Shown one piece after another: positions 1-13,579 of a stretch of 64,000 bases of DNA. The stretch comes from Selaginella moellendorffii (lineage: Eukaryota > Plantae > Lycopodiophyta), in the NCBI RefSeq assembly GCF_000143415.4, contig NW_003314277.1, positions 1,625,185 to 1,689,184 of the forward strand, read 5' to 3'. Made by a program: the position numbers and the translations under genes. The notes beneath the pieces are model-generated. The model did not search any database, was not told the DNA's origin, and worked only from the letters and a program-made list of their open reading frames with translations. Positions within the stretch are counted from its first letter, which is position 1. Each line of letters starts with the position of its first letter.

Positions 1-1240
1 AATCTCATCCATGATCACATACGCTACCTCACCCCCCTTCAAGATGTAATGTCTCATTGATATGATACAACCCTATGACCAAGGGAACCGGACTCATTCC
101 ACATTGAATTACCAATCCTTCCATTGTGTAAACCAGCTGTCCATCTGAGGCAACTAATCATCACCCGTATCGCAATCCTATGGTAGATACCTTCGTCCGT
201 GGATATTTGTAATACATGTGATCATAAGATGAGATTTGGATATACTGTCACTGTGGATCCTTGGAACCTTGGGGGATAAATGGGGATAAAATAGCCACTA
301 AGGGCTCTCTCATTAAGCAATTGCCCCTTTTCCAGTTGGCTTAAGGGGAGAGAGATAAGGTGTGCTACAGTTGGTATCAGAGAAAATGGCATGGGTTCAA
401 TTCCCATTGATTAGTGGCTACTTAAAAATATAATATACCCTTGAGCAAGGTATATTCCTACCCCTAAATTTGAAAATCGTACGTATTGGGCATCCATGCG
501 TACGTCCTTCCTCTTGTAGAGCATCCCAGATGAAGGTCTCCACCATGGGACTGCGGTACAGGTGGATGACTAGTTGCCTCACATGGAATAACTGGTCTAC
601 ACAATGGAAGGATTGGTAAATTTAGTGTGGAAATGAAGGTGCTGGTTCCCCTTGGCTCAGTAGAGGTTGTTAGTCAATAGTCAATAAGGACATTGACATC
701 TTTGAAAGGGGGGTGAGTGTAACGCATGTGATCATGGGATGAGATTTGAATATACTGTCACCGTGGATTCTTGGAACCTTGGGGGAGATTTGAATATACT
801 GTCACCGTAGATTCTTGGAACCTTGGGGGATAAATGGGGATAAAATAGCCACTAAGGGCTTTCTCATCAAGTAATTGCCCCTTTTCCAGTTAGTTTAAGG
901 GGAGAGAGATAAGGTGCGCTACAATACTCCATACAAGAGGAAAGACGTACGCATGGATACCCAATATGTATGATTTCAAATTTAGGGGTAGGAATATACC
1001 TTGCTCAAGGGTATATTATATTTTAAGTAGCCACTAATCAATAGGAATTGAACCTGTGCCATTTGCTCCGATACCAACTGTAGCACACCTTATCTCTCTC
1101 CCCTTAATCTAATTGGAAAAGGGGCAATTACTTGATGAGAGAGCCCTTAGTGGTTATTTTATCCCTATTTATCCCTCAAGGTTCTAAGGATTTACAGTGA
1201 CAATATATCTAAATCTCATCTCATAATCACATACGCTACA
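1..1240 (-). mobile_element. TRIM (miniature non-autonomous LTR element), host copy, interrupted by a second copy; its 3' LTR runs off the window edge
   Basis: 162-bp LTR at 1079-1240 (TGTAG...CTACA). Minus-strand PBS TGGTATCGGAG at 1066-1076 and PPT at about 28-40. Its internal region is the reverse complement of 370-717, split by the insertion at 208-923. Confidence 0.8.
208..923 (+). mobile_element. Complete TRIM nested in opposite orientation inside a sister copy
   Basis: 5' LTR 208-369 (TGT...ACA). PBS TGGTATCAGAG at 372-382 (initiator tRNA-Met type). Non-coding interior, PPT GAAAGGGGGGTGAG at 704-717. 3' LTR 718-923 with an internal ~40-bp duplication. Flanks ATATT/ATACT look like a 5-bp TSD with one mismatch. 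Confidence 0.85.
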
Positions 1241-1241
1241 T

Positions 1242-1743
1242 TGTAAGTCCATATTCACTCTAGCCTTGGACTTCTCAGTGGTTATCTCATCACCCAACAC
1301 CTGGGTACAACCTTCCTGGGCCAAACTAGCCTTTCCTAGCCAAACTGGCTCTGGAACCCTTTGTATGCGCCCCCCCCCCCCGGGGTACGATCGCTTTGGG
1401 CTTTCACCCAACAGCCTGTATTAATATTCGGACTCGGACTCGGACTCAGACTTAGACTCGAACTCAGACTTGGACTCAAACTTGGTCTTGGTCTTGGTTC
1501 CATCTCGGAATCCATCCATGGGTTATGGGGTGGGCCCTTTATATCCCTTTTTTAGAGACTCACTTATTGCTCATTTCATGCTCATTCCTTGAGCTCTTTG
1601 TTGGAAGTTTCACTCTCGTTCTCAACTTTTCGAATCGCAGTTTTTCGTCTTTATATGTTACCCTCATTTGGCTTCTGCCTCAACCACTACCACATGGCAC
1701 CCTTTCGGCTCCTCTTTAGGGCTTAAGGATTTTATATTTCACA
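1242..1743 (+). repeat. LTR-like dispersed repeat with poly-C tract and 6/12-bp GACTCG/GTCTTG array
   Basis: Starts TGT, ends ACA. Collinear similarity with 8731-9390 (direct) and 10708-11390 (inverted). Confidence 0.6.
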
Positions 1744-1816
1744 CTAATAGCCTAGTATGGGTACCTCTACTCCTCTACTTCCATCTCAAAGGGAAGGCCC
1801 AATCCCTTAGGAAGGA

Positions 1817-2736
1817 GTGAGGACTAATGAATCACAACATACTCAAGTTAGGCATCACTCCACATGAGTTAGGAGTATTGCAATTGATTTCCCTTCAAAA
1901 AGTGGGAGTTGCTCTTGAGCACTTCCTTGGGTGGCCCTTTCAGCACCACCCGAGTCCATGCTCACCCCCACCTAAGGCCTCTAAGCCCTAGTCTTAACCT
2001 CAAGTTGGTTTGGAAGCACTTCCAGAGAGTTCCTTAAAAAATTGATCCTTAAACCTCATTATCTCTACCATACTTTTGGAACCCCCCCCCCCCCCTGTGG
2101 GAGGAATGCTTTGGGCTTTCACCCTATGATCTATATTAGTATTTAGACTCGATCTTAGACTTGACTTTGGACTTGGTCTTGGACTCGATCTTGGACTCAG
2201 TCTTAGACTCGGCCTCGAACTCGGTCTCAAAATCGGTCTTGGACTCAATCTCACACTTGGTCTTAGAATCAATCTTGTGAGGACTAATGAATCACAACAT
2301 ACTCAAGTTAGGCATCACTCCACATGAGTTAGGAGTATTGCAATCGATTTCCCTTCAAAAAGTGGGAGTTGCTCTTGAGCACTTCCTTGGGTGGCCCTTT
2401 CAGCACCACCCGAGTCCATGCTCACCCCCACCTAAGGCCTCTAAGCCCTAGTCTTAACCTCAAGTTGGTTTGGAAGCACTTCCAGAGAGTTCCTTAAAAA
2501 ATTGATCCTTAAACCTCATTATCTCTACCATACTTTTGGAACCCCCCCCCCCCCTGTGGGAGGAATGCTTTGGGCTTTCACCCTATGATCTATATTAGTA
2601 TTTAGACTCGATCTTAGACTTGACTTTGGACTTAGTCTTGGACTCGATCTTGGACTCAGTCTTAGACTCGGCCTCGAACTCGGTCTCAGAATCGGTCTTG
2701 GACTCAATCTCACACTTGGTCTTAGAATCAATCTTG
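1817..2736. repeat. Near-identical 460-bp tandem duplication (2 units)
   Basis: GGACTAATGAATCAC at 1821 and 2281. The units differ by about 3 substitutions and the poly-C length; each contains the 12-bp array. Confidence 0.92.
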
Positions 2737-4739
2737 GACTCAATCTCGAACTAGGTCATGAACTCTTTATCAATCCAATTGTAGTTTCAAGGATCCTTTC
2801 GCCTATAACACCTTGGGGAGTTGGTTCTTTACACATGTAATGCTTTCACACCGAATCATATTTATGTGCTGAAAGAAAAATGCATGCATGTCATGACTCC
2901 CAACAAATAGGCCTCTAAGAAACCACTCCCTAGTTAAGCCTATCAAACGAATTGCTATAATCTCTCCCCAAGATTCGAGCTTAGAGTCAAAAAAGATACA
3001 TGTAGGAAGAGGAATAAAAACTGAAAGAAAAATGGTGAGAACTCTTTTATCCCTCCACCAAATCATAAGCATTTCTACTTGTTGGAAAGAGGAGCCCGAA
3101 ATCTATATACCCAAAGAAAGAATGCCTCAAATGGATCAAAGACAAGGGAGAAAATCTGACTAGCAATTCACGCTATACACCATAGTTCTGAGAAAATGAA
3201 ATCTCACTCCCACACTCAAATATTTCTTCATGGGGGTAATTCCTACTACTCCTAATCTATCCATTTCTAAGATTGCCACTCCAAACCTTATAGATCTTCT
3301 CCATTACTCAAGAAAGAAAGAAGACAAGTTTCATACCAGGTTCACCATGTTGAATTGTGGCACCTCAATCCTCTTCCTCTTTATGGCTTTACTCACATCT
3401 TAAGCTCTCTCTCCATGCTCTAGCTAAAGACACAAAACACAAAACCCTTGATATTTCACCCTTCTGGTGTTTTTATACAACCACTTGGAATATTTTAAGA
3501 ATTAGAATATTCCTTCTCTCTCAAGATGCGTATGGTTGCAACACTTGCAACAAGATAAAGTGCCTAAAGAAAAATCTAAACTGCATGCCTCAACAAAATA
3601 TGGTTTTATGTTGTTTGGATGGATGGGAATTGAAGCAAAAGTGAATGTAAAGTTTAAAAGATTAAAAAAAAATCTAGGAAATAGAAGACTATACGAAAAG
3701 AGTATCATTTATGGTGAGTCATGTCAAAAGAAGAGTGATCCTAGAGAAATCTCAAATAAAACACTGATAAAAGTTTGCAAAGTTAAAGAATAATTAAACA
3801 TCACAAACAAAAGTTAGGTGTTACCACTCAAGAATACTATAAACCTTTGGTAGGATCTATAATGATACTATGTGAGGAAATAATATATCCTTAAAACTCC
3901 ACTGAATCTTAATCAAATAACATTTCCCAACTTTGTAAGTCTCAAAGAAGATAAAAATGTCATTAAGATATATAACAATAAGGAGATTGAGAAAATCATG
4001 AAAAACATTATTTGCCATTTATTAGAAAACAAATAAAGGTGTTAGTCAAACCAAAAGGCATTATTGTATATTTGAAGTGGCCATAACAAGTGGGAAATAT
4101 TGTTTTTCACTCATCATTCTCTTGAATATAAATGAAATTGTGATTTTTTAACATACTTGTGCATATGGGGCCATTGTTGTTAGACTAATTTTAATGTCTT
4201 TTAAACATTAAAAGGTCTTATTGTTAGGGCATGTTTGGATGATATGCAATTACATATCATCTTACAATTGAGTATATTGATGAAGGAGTACATCCCAAAA
4301 TTGAAGATTTGATAATCAATCTTGGTGAAAAATCAAACCTTTGAGAGCCATTTCAACATTTTAGGGATTAATGGAAGTGGGTATTAATTAGAAATGGTGA
4401 CTTTGTTCATATTGTGGTAATCAACCACTAAACAAAGAGATCTACCATTCTTAGATACAAAGTAAATAGATGTACCAACTAGAACAACATTTTAGACTAA
4501 TAGTGCAATGACTTAGAAAAGTGAAAATTATAAAATTTGTTCAAGGTTGCTAAAGCACTAATGAGATACTTAGACAAGCAAGAGTTGAAGTAGGGATGTG
4601 GAAAATGGATATACATTTCACTAATTTGGATATGGTGGGATTTAATATGATGTTTGGGATGGATTGATTCAATCAATTTGTAATAGCCTTCTATAAACAA
4701 AATATGAACTTGGTAGTATTGGCAAATACCCTAAAAGAA

Positions 4740-7680
4740 TGATTGAAAGTAGAAATCCAAAATCTAAAGATAAATCAAAATAAGTCTAAGGACTTTTACT
4801 TGAATCTAGTGTTTACAAGAAGACAACTCACTAGGGAACCAAAGTAGTATTTTTGTGTTTATTCTTGATTAAAAGCAATAAAAAGATGAGAACAAAAGAA
4901 ATGCCTTCAGTGATTTAATAGGTATTAGACTAATTTCAAAATACCATACCAAAAAGAAAATTTATGCAAAACTACCCTCTACTCGACTAATAGAATATAA
5001 GATTGAGCTAGTTGAGGGTGCTAAAGTAGTGGTTTGTCTCCATTATTAGTTGAATAAAAAGGAGCTTGAAAAACTCAAATGTGAATTTGAAATGCTGATT
5101 GATAAAAATTATATAAGTTAAGCAACTCGCAATATAAAGCTCTAGTGTTATTTGTGAAAAAGCAAGATAACTCTATTAGTATATATATAGACTATCAATT
5201 GCTCAAAAAATATACAAAGAATAAAAAATACCCTTTACCAAGGATTAATATGCTATTCGATAGGATAAAAAAGGAAAAATATTTTTCATAAATTGATTTA
5301 AAATCAAGATACTACTAATGTTAAAAAGATAATTTGTCAAATGAGGTATAAAAATTTTTAGTTCTTAATGATGCATTTTGGGCTGTGCAATGTGTTGATG
5401 ACATTCTTGGTACTTATGAATCATATTTTTATACCCTACTTAAACCATTTTGTAGTTGTTTATATTAACAATATTTTAATCTATAGCGAAATGCTAGAAG
5501 AGCATGCCAAGCACCTAACAAAAGTGTTTAAGAAACTAAGAGAACACAAATTATATGCTAAGAAGAGTAATTGTGATAAAAGGTAAAATTTCTTAGGGTA
5601 AGGACATGCTTAAGGTGGACTTCAAGAAGGTTAAAGTGATCTAGGAATGGGAACAGTTATTGAACATACATGAGTTAAGGGTATTTTTAGAGCTATGCAA
5701 TTACTATAAAAAAATTTTATCAAATACTATTGAGAGTTTTTTTGCCCCTAATAGACCAAATGGGAAAAAAAAATGGTATGAATAGCAGAATGTGAGGCAA
5801 TATTTGTCCACCTCAAAGGGAAGTTGATAAAGGCTCCTATGTTGACATTACCAAACTTTAGTAAGGACTTAGATAGAAATTAGTGCCTCAAACTTTGCAT
5901 TAAGGGTAGTCATAAAATAAAATAGTCATCTAATGGTGTTTTTTGCAAAGTTGGATAAAGCTTAATGAAAATGATTTGCCCATAAAAAGGAATTATTTGC
6001 AATGGTTTAAGCACTTATGGAGTGGCAACATTACTTTAGGAGACACTTCAAGGTATACATGGATAATGTAACTTTTGAGAGAAATAGGGTCAGTGGGCTA
6101 ATGCTTTGGTTAAGTTTAATTGTGATATCTTTTATAAAATTGAGAAGAGCAATATTGTGGCAAAAACTTTAGGTTAAAAAGCAAATTTGAAGTTGGTGGC
6201 ATCTAGCACGATAACTTTCTAAGATGATGTATGGACTATATATGAAGAGGATGGTCTAGCACAAAAAATGTTGTTAAGGAACAAAAAAGTGCAAGATGCT
6301 CAGGGAAGAGAAAATTGATTATATGGAACACAATAGACTCATTTATTATAAATAGACAAAAGTGTATGTTCCATAAAAGGAATTGGGAAAGATAACCTTA
6401 TAAGAGTCCCATTATAGACCTCCTGCAAAACACAATACAATAGGTTTACTTAAAAGGAAGTATCACTGGCTAAACATAACAAAGAATATATAGGACTATA
6501 TAAAGACATGTATAATATATTAACAGGTGAAAGCCATGACTAAGGTTAGTGGGGGCTTATGCAAAGTTGTCCGATCCCAGATTATCTATGGAAATGTCTT
6601 ACAATGGACTTTATTATAAGATTCCCCTTAAGTGAGGGATTCGATACAATATTTATAGTAGTGGATTAGTTATAAAAAATAGCACATTTCATACCCACCA
6701 CAATGGAAGTGGATGTGGAAAGTGTGGCAAAGCTGTTTTTTGAACAAGTGGTTTGAGTGTGGGGAAAGCCAAAAGAAATTATCTCAGACAAAGATAAGAT
6801 ATTCACTAGTAAGTTCTGGAAAACTCTCTTAAAGCAATATCACACCCAACTAAAAATTCAGTATTGCCTATCACCAACAAATAAATATTACACAGTGGGA
6901 TAAGTCATATGGTAATAACAATTCTTGATAGATAGACAAACAAAAAAGGTGAATATATAACTATAGAATTATTTGTGATATTATGTCTCTAGAGATCAAA
7001 CAAAGGTAAATCATTTAGGACTTGTAGAAATATGCTATAATAACTCACCACATTCAAGTATCAAGGTGAGTATATAGGAAGTCATTAATATGCAAGCCAT
7101 TGAAGGTCTCGTAGAACTCAATATAATTGAGTATCATGGAGAGTTATCCACAGTGCAAGCATTTATGGTAAAAAACCTTAATATTTGGAATCTAGTGAAG
7201 AATTCCTTAGAACAAATTTAACAAAACTAGATTGAATGTGTAAATGAGAAGTATAGAGACACAAGGTTTCAACTTAAGGACAAGATATGGCTAAACACTA
7301 AGAACCTAAGGTTACCAAAAAGGATAAAATAGAAATTGACCCAAAAGTAAAATGCATATATTTTTGAAATGAAGTGATTTTGAGTTCTTTAAATAGGTTC
7401 ACTAGGTGAGGCTCAAATTGGTAAGGTAGCTTACCAGTTTAAACTTCCACCTGTATTCCATATGAACTTACTCAAGCCATATTTTGAGGATCCACTTAAT
7501 AAAGACTAAGTGAGACCTTTACCCAAAATTATCTAAGTAAGGGAAGAATATGAAATCAAGGCCATCCTCAATGTGTGCAAGAGCAAGTGATAAGGATGCG
7601 AGGTGAAAGAGTTCTATGTGAAGTGGAAGTTTCCACTCTATGAGGCAACATGGGAATCAAAAAACAACTTAAGAGGAATT
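4740..7680 (+). mobile_element. Degenerate Ty3/Gypsy (chromovirus) pol: RT, RNase H, integrase, chromodomain
   Basis: MHFGLCN and VVYINNILIYS (eroded YIDD) RT motifs, an integrase-like MDFI..P segment, and a chromodomain EYEIKAIL...FYVKWK...EATWE at about 7545-7660. Many stops and frameshifts; boundaries approximate. Confidence 0.88.
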
Positions 7681-8730
7681 TTTGCAAGATAGAACTCTAT
7701 ATACTTATACAAAGTTTAATTAAAGTATCAATTTGAAAAATTAAGGAATATCCTAAGTTAGGTTTTGAGGCATGCCAAAAATAAGCTAATTAGCAAAGTG
7801 TAGTAAGCTATGTTTAATTCCTATAAAGGGATATCAAATCTATATATATATTCTACAAAGGTTGGGTTTGAGTCCCAATGCTTTAATATATAGGAGATAC
7901 TAGGGTGAGATGTGGTGAGAGATATATGAACACTTATAAATGTAAGTGATTAAATTTTTCATTTTACTTTAATTATTTAACCACACTTTTGACAATTTGA
8001 AAAAGTCTCATTCAAAACCTCTAAATATTCTATCCATGACTTGGGGATATGCTAGCCCCGTGAATGGCATCTATGCCACTCAACTTTTGCATTTGGTCCA
8101 AGTGCTCCACATGTTTGATCTTATGACAGACACCCCAAAAGTACCATTGATATATTAGCCCATTACACTAAGGTTATGTCCATTTGTAATCCAAGACCAC
8201 CCGTACCATAGTCCCATCTCTAAAAAATTGGGCCATCTATACATGAGTGGTTATCCCACAATCACACCTTAGCATCCTTAGGATGCCCAAACACCCTTCC
8301 CCAATATCCCTTCTTTGGTGCCCACCAAGTCCCTCTCTGTCCACAACTGCGCTCACCAATACCACCACTAGGTCAAGATCCGAAGGCTTGACCACTAAGT
8401 TTTATTGACATTTGAGACTTCCTCACTATATGACTATATCTTAAGTCACTATACAAGAGGATTGCTCCTATTCCTTTTCATAATCTAGGACTTTAGGATG
8501 ACATTTCAAAACACCCTGGCCCAACATGAGTTTTATAGGTACTCCCCCCACCTTTTGCCTTTAGGTGCCCTAGTTATATGACTAGAATGAGGTTCTAGTG
8601 AGACACGCCAAGTATGCAAGTAGGTAGTGCCACCCATACAAGGATTGGGAGCATTAACAATTTGATTTCTTGGGGGAGCTAAAGCTGATTATTAAACACT
8701 TCACTAAACTACCCTATTTGTTCAACTGTG

Positions 8731-9390
8731 TTCACTCTAGCCTTAGACTTTTTGATGATTATATCATCACCCATCATGTGGGTGTAGCCTTCTTAGGTTA
8801 CACTAGCCTTTCTTAGCCAAACTAATTCCATAAAAATCCAATCCAACCTTGATACTCTCTCTATTATATATTTGGAACCACCACCACCACCCCCCCCCCC
8901 CCCCCCCTTTTGGGGGGAGGACAATTGCACTTTAGATCTTGTATTAGTATTTGGACTTAAACTTAGACTCGGACTTAGACTTAGATTGGAATTAGGACTT
9001 GGTCTCAATCTTGGCTTTGATCTTGGACTCGGTCTTGGTTTCCATCTTGGATTTAACCTCAAACTCCATCTCGGACTCCTTCTCAAACTCCATCTTGCAT
9101 TCCTTCATAAACTTCATCTCGGTCTCCATTTAGGACTCGATCTCGACACTTTTATGTATTATGACACTTACCATGTGTCAATCCTTTTTGTATGACTTTC
9201 TAAAGACTCATTCATTAATCGTTTTGTGCTCATTCCTTGAGCACTTCATTTGAAATTCCACTCCTGCTTTCGACTTTCCAAATCAAAGCTTTTGGTCCAA
9301 ACATTTTACACTCATTGAACTTCTGTTTAGACTAGTGCCATATGATATACTTTCAACTCCACTTTAGGGCTTAGAGATTTATGTCTCACA
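8731..9390 (+). repeat. Copy of the LTR-like poly-C/12-bp-array repeat
   Basis: Similar to 1254-1743 (TTCACTCTAGCCTT... through ...TCACA). Confidence 0.7.
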
Positions 9391-9559
9391 ATATCTTGTT
9401 GTCATGGGCTCCTAATTGGACAGATTGACTTAGGCACACCACAAGGTGGGTGGATGCCATTGAGGCTATGGTTAACAAGTTATATCATTAATTGAGTTTA
9501 TTTGATATGGGCATCAAACTTTTCTATGGGTGGTGGAGTTATAAAGAACTAACTTGTTA

Positions 9560-9990
9560 AGATTTTGTAGATTAAAGGATCATTTGAAACATGATTAAAA
9601 TGATAAAGAGTTTGTTAGATGAAACCAAGTCCAAGATTGAGTCTAAGACTAAATGAAGATCAAGTTCAAAACTCAAGATCAGTCTAAGACTGACTCCAAG
9701 ATCAAGTTTGAGATAAGTCCAAGATCAAATCTGAACACTAATATTGATAGTGAGGTGAAAGCCCAAATCAATCATCTCTAAGGGTGAGAAGGGGCAATTA
9801 CAAAGGGTTCCAAAAGCATAGTAGGAATAGTGAGGGTAAGGACTCAATTTTGAAAGAACTCTTTAATGATGCTTCCAAATTGAGTTGGGGTTGGGATTGA
9901 GGCTTAATAGCCTTGGATGGGAGTGAGTATGAACTTGAGGGGCATCAAAAAGGCTTTTCAAAGAAGTGTATAAGAGAAACTCTCACTCCC
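9560..9990 (-). repeat. Inverted, diverged copy of the 1900-2790 repeat
   Basis: GTGAAAGCCCAA, GGTTCCAAAAG and GCTTCCAAA are reverse complements of motifs in 1900-2200. Confidence 0.65.
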
Positions 9991-10083
9991 AAAAGTGGTG
10001 CTTCTAGCTTAGGTGTAGTAGTGCTCTTGGCTCAAATGGTGCCCCACTTAAATACCATATAGCTCATTGGTCATTATCCTTAA

Positions 10084-10242
10084 CTTGAGTACAAAGTGGA
10101 AGGTATTTTGGGTATATGCTAGGTTAAACGTTTGAAGTGTCGAGAGTATCTTGTTAAGTGGAAGGGTTACCCAATATGTGAATCTATTTGGGAACCTCTT
10201 AGCAATCTTACATATGCTAATAAGCTTGTCACAGAGTATGAA
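10084..10242 (+). mobile_element. Isolated chromovirus chromodomain remnant
   Basis: Translates LEYKVEGILGIC*VKRLKCREYLVKWKGYPICESIWEPLSNL, matching the chromodomain YLVKWKGY...WEP signature. Confidence 0.85.
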
Positions 10243-10707
10243 AATTATAATAAAGAGTAGCTTTTGTAAATCTTGTAATAAATCTTGCAAATCCATAAAG
10301 TAATATATTTCTATAAAATCAAAAGTTTTGCTTTTCTCGTTCATTAGTTATTGGGTCAATTTTGGCAAGTTGACTTTGGCATTTGAGTGCATGGGTTCAA
10401 TCCATAACCATGGGGATAACTATTATGGATTGATCACAAGTCCCCGCCTCTCTCTCATTGACCTATTTCTAAAAAGAGGCGTGATCGTGTACACAACTTC
10501 ATTTGCTAGTTTATAATAATTGTGTAAATCTTCTCGCCAAGGTTGATTTCTGCTCAAAGGAGTTGGGCCTCTAACTCTTTCCCTATGTCCTTGCAAACAG
10601 GGATGTATCATTCTTTTGTAAGCCAAATGATACTTAAAGCAACAAGAGTTGCTAACTTTATTAGTCATTTCCTTATCAATGATGGCTAGAGGGTGTTTAA
10701 GTCTTAA

Positions 10708-11390
10708 CTATGAGACACAAATCCCTAAGCCCCAAAGTGGAGCCAAAAAAGTGCTATATGGTAGTGGTCGAAGTGGAAGTTCAACAAGCATAACATGTTT
10801 GGAAGAAAAGCTCTGACTTGGAAAATCAAGAGTGAGAGTGGAACTCCTAACAAAGTGTTCAAAGAATGAGCACGAAACAATCAGTGAATGAGCCTCTAAA
10901 AAGGGACACAATAAAGACTAACACATAGCAAGTGTTATAACACCTAGAAGTGTCATGAACCAGTCCGAAAAGGACTTCAAGAAGGAGTCTAAAATGGAGT
11001 TCGAGATGGATTTGAGATGGAGTCCAAGATGGAATTTAATATAGACTCGAGATGGACCCGAGATAGGGTCCGAGATGGAGTTCGAGATGGACCCAAGATA
11101 AAGTCCAAGATGGAGTTCGATATGGACCCAAAATAGAGTCTGAGATAGACTTGAGATGAAATCTGAGGTTGAGTTCGAAGTTGAGGCCGAAACCAAGACT
11201 GAGACCGAGACCTAGTTCGAGACCGCGAGTCTGAGACCGAGACCAAGACCAAGTCTGAGTCCAAGTTCAAGCCCGAGTATGAGGGTGAAAGCCCAAAATG
11301 ATCATTTCCCAAACCCTGAGGGGTTTGGTGATCTCCAAAAATATAGTAGGGGGAGGACTAGGTGTTCCAAATATATAGTAGGGAGAGTGG
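10708..11390 (-). repeat. Inverted copy of the LTR-like repeat with expanded 12-bp array
   Basis: Reverse complement similarity to 1242-1743 and 8731-9390. (GAGATGGAGTTC)n and (GAGACC)n arrays at about 10980-11280. Confidence 0.7.
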
Positions 11391-13579
11391 TTGGAATGTA
11401 TAACTAACAACCTAAGACATTAATTTGGCTCTTATTGGCTATGTTGCTCCTTGTTCTCTATTCAGCTTGGGTTTAAGCCTAATCTCCATGCTGCTCTACT
11501 TGGTGGAGTACCCTCCTCCTTGGCTAAAATCATGCCAAACACTGTTTGACACTATTTTGAGAGTTGGTGCTCGAAGAATTAAGAGTCTATCAAACCCTTG
11601 TTTTGTAACACAATAGGCTTGGAGTTCAGCCTAAATTCAGGTGCACTATAGAAATATTCTCCTCAATATATCCATGTTAATTCTTTTGATGAAAGATTGT
11701 AAATAGGACAAAATGGTGGTGATTTCTTCTCCATAAGATTGATAAGACAATCATAAAGTCAATGTGGTGGTAAAATATTAGCTCTTTTCATATTAAAAAT
11801 ATTTTCAAAGTTAGTATACTTGGAGGAAAGAGTGGATTTAATCTTGAAAGATGAAGTTGGTGCTAGATAACAGCAATTAAACCAAGATTTTGATAATCCA
11901 AAACTCATATAAAGAAATTTAGATTAGAGAAGTAGAAAAGGAGGACTTGGAAGAAAGAAGAATTGTTCATTCAACATCACTCCACTTCCAATCCATTGTC
12001 AAGTTCACCATATCAAACCAAGGGAAACTAAGAATGATGAAGGTCTTTCAAATAAGAAGATGCTGCATCAAGTCCTAAATCTTATTACCTCCACTCAATG
12101 TATACTTGATCATGATTTTTCTTGAAAGGCTTTCATCTTCTTTTGCTTGAACCAGCCTGAGAAGTTCAAAGCTGGCACCTCCTCTTCAGAGCTCAGCTAC
12201 AGAAGATCTTGCCTAGACAAGGTGGTAACTAGATACAAGGAATCAAACTCTCAGTCAATGAAGTTTCCATTAGCACCACTATTGCTTAAAACTTGAAAAG
12301 GGAAGTTAAATTTAATGGAGTGAAAGTAAAAAGTGATATGAAAAGGCTTGGATATTTATGAAAAAGGAATGGAGCTAAGATGAATAAGAGATGACTTATC
12401 TAGTCAAATAGCCCTTAATTGGACTGGAAGTTCTTGTTTTTTGGAACCATAGATGCTACATCGACCACACAAACCTAAGAGTGACTACAAAGATAAAGAC
12501 ATTACTCCCGGAAGTGGTTTGCATCACTATAATACAAGTAGGGTGGTTCTCAATTTAGTGTCATTGTTCAGCCTCAGAAAGACACCATCAACATCTAGTT
12601 CCAATCTCCATTGGAACTATGCCTTGCTCATGTGTTAGTTGCTTAAAGACTAGCATTGTTAGACAAGGAACAAAGGTTTGATAACGACACTTCAATCGAT
12701 TGTTGTTTTAGCAATCGATTATCACGGCAAACATCAAGATTAACAGCAATTGTGAGAGGTGTTGGATCTTAATGAGAAAGCATGAGATCTTTGACATCAT
12801 CACAAAAACCAAGGTGTAAATGTTCTTTGAAGGCTCCATTATCCCATGAAATATCAGTGGCAATCCTTTAGAAATCTGGTGTATAAGAAGATGCAAATTT
12901 AGAGCCTTAGCACAATTGTTGCAATTTATTGATGGTGGTGCACTCTCGATTATCTCTAAATATGTTGATAAAGAGCTAAATAAAGAGGTCAAAATCCTAA
13001 AAAACAATATCACTCTTTTCAAAAAGGGCAAAGAAGCAAGAAAGAAGTGTACCAACAAGAAAAGATTTGATTAGGAGGTTATATGGAAATTTGACATCTA
13101 ACTTAGTTGAGAAATCCATGGAACTCAAACCATATACCATCAAACTTTGCATACCAACCTTTGACTTTGAATCAAGAAGCCATTGTTGATGTTGAGTAAT
13201 TTGCTAGAGTTGTGAATGAAGTATACTTCATATGACTTTTGTAGAGTATCAAGATATAACTAAAGCTATAAAAGAGGATATGAGGAAGCCATTGATATTA
13301 GAGTATTCAAACTATTCATCAAGAGAAGGGGAGATGACAAAATTTATTAAATAATATGATCTAAGAAGATACTTTCATGAAAAAGAGAGAAGAAAAAATG
13401 AATTTACAAAATTTTAAAACCCTAATTTATAAAAACTAATCTTGTTTAACCATCAACTAATGTAAACCTAATCTAGCCATGTCCTAAATGAAATCTCATA
13501 AGCAAAGGTTTAGGGTTCAATTTTTACCATGGCCAGTAGTGGTGAATATACTCCAAAGAGATGGTAAACACATGAAAAA

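Noticed and set aside
3540-4480. Possible hAT transposase traces (LDGW, HC-LDL-like)
   Set aside because: Too degraded to support.
1242-9390. 1242-1743 and 8731-9390 as the LTR pair of the 4740-7680 Gypsy
   Set aside because: No PBS, PPT or TSD found at the expected positions, and unrelated debris intervenes.
1361-11312. ORFs rich in LGLGL or RPSPR (1361, 2000, 2525, 8793, 8872, 10918, 10989)
   Set aside because: They are translations of the stop-free 6/12-bp arrays, not genes. The arrays have no unique spacers, so they are not CRISPR either.
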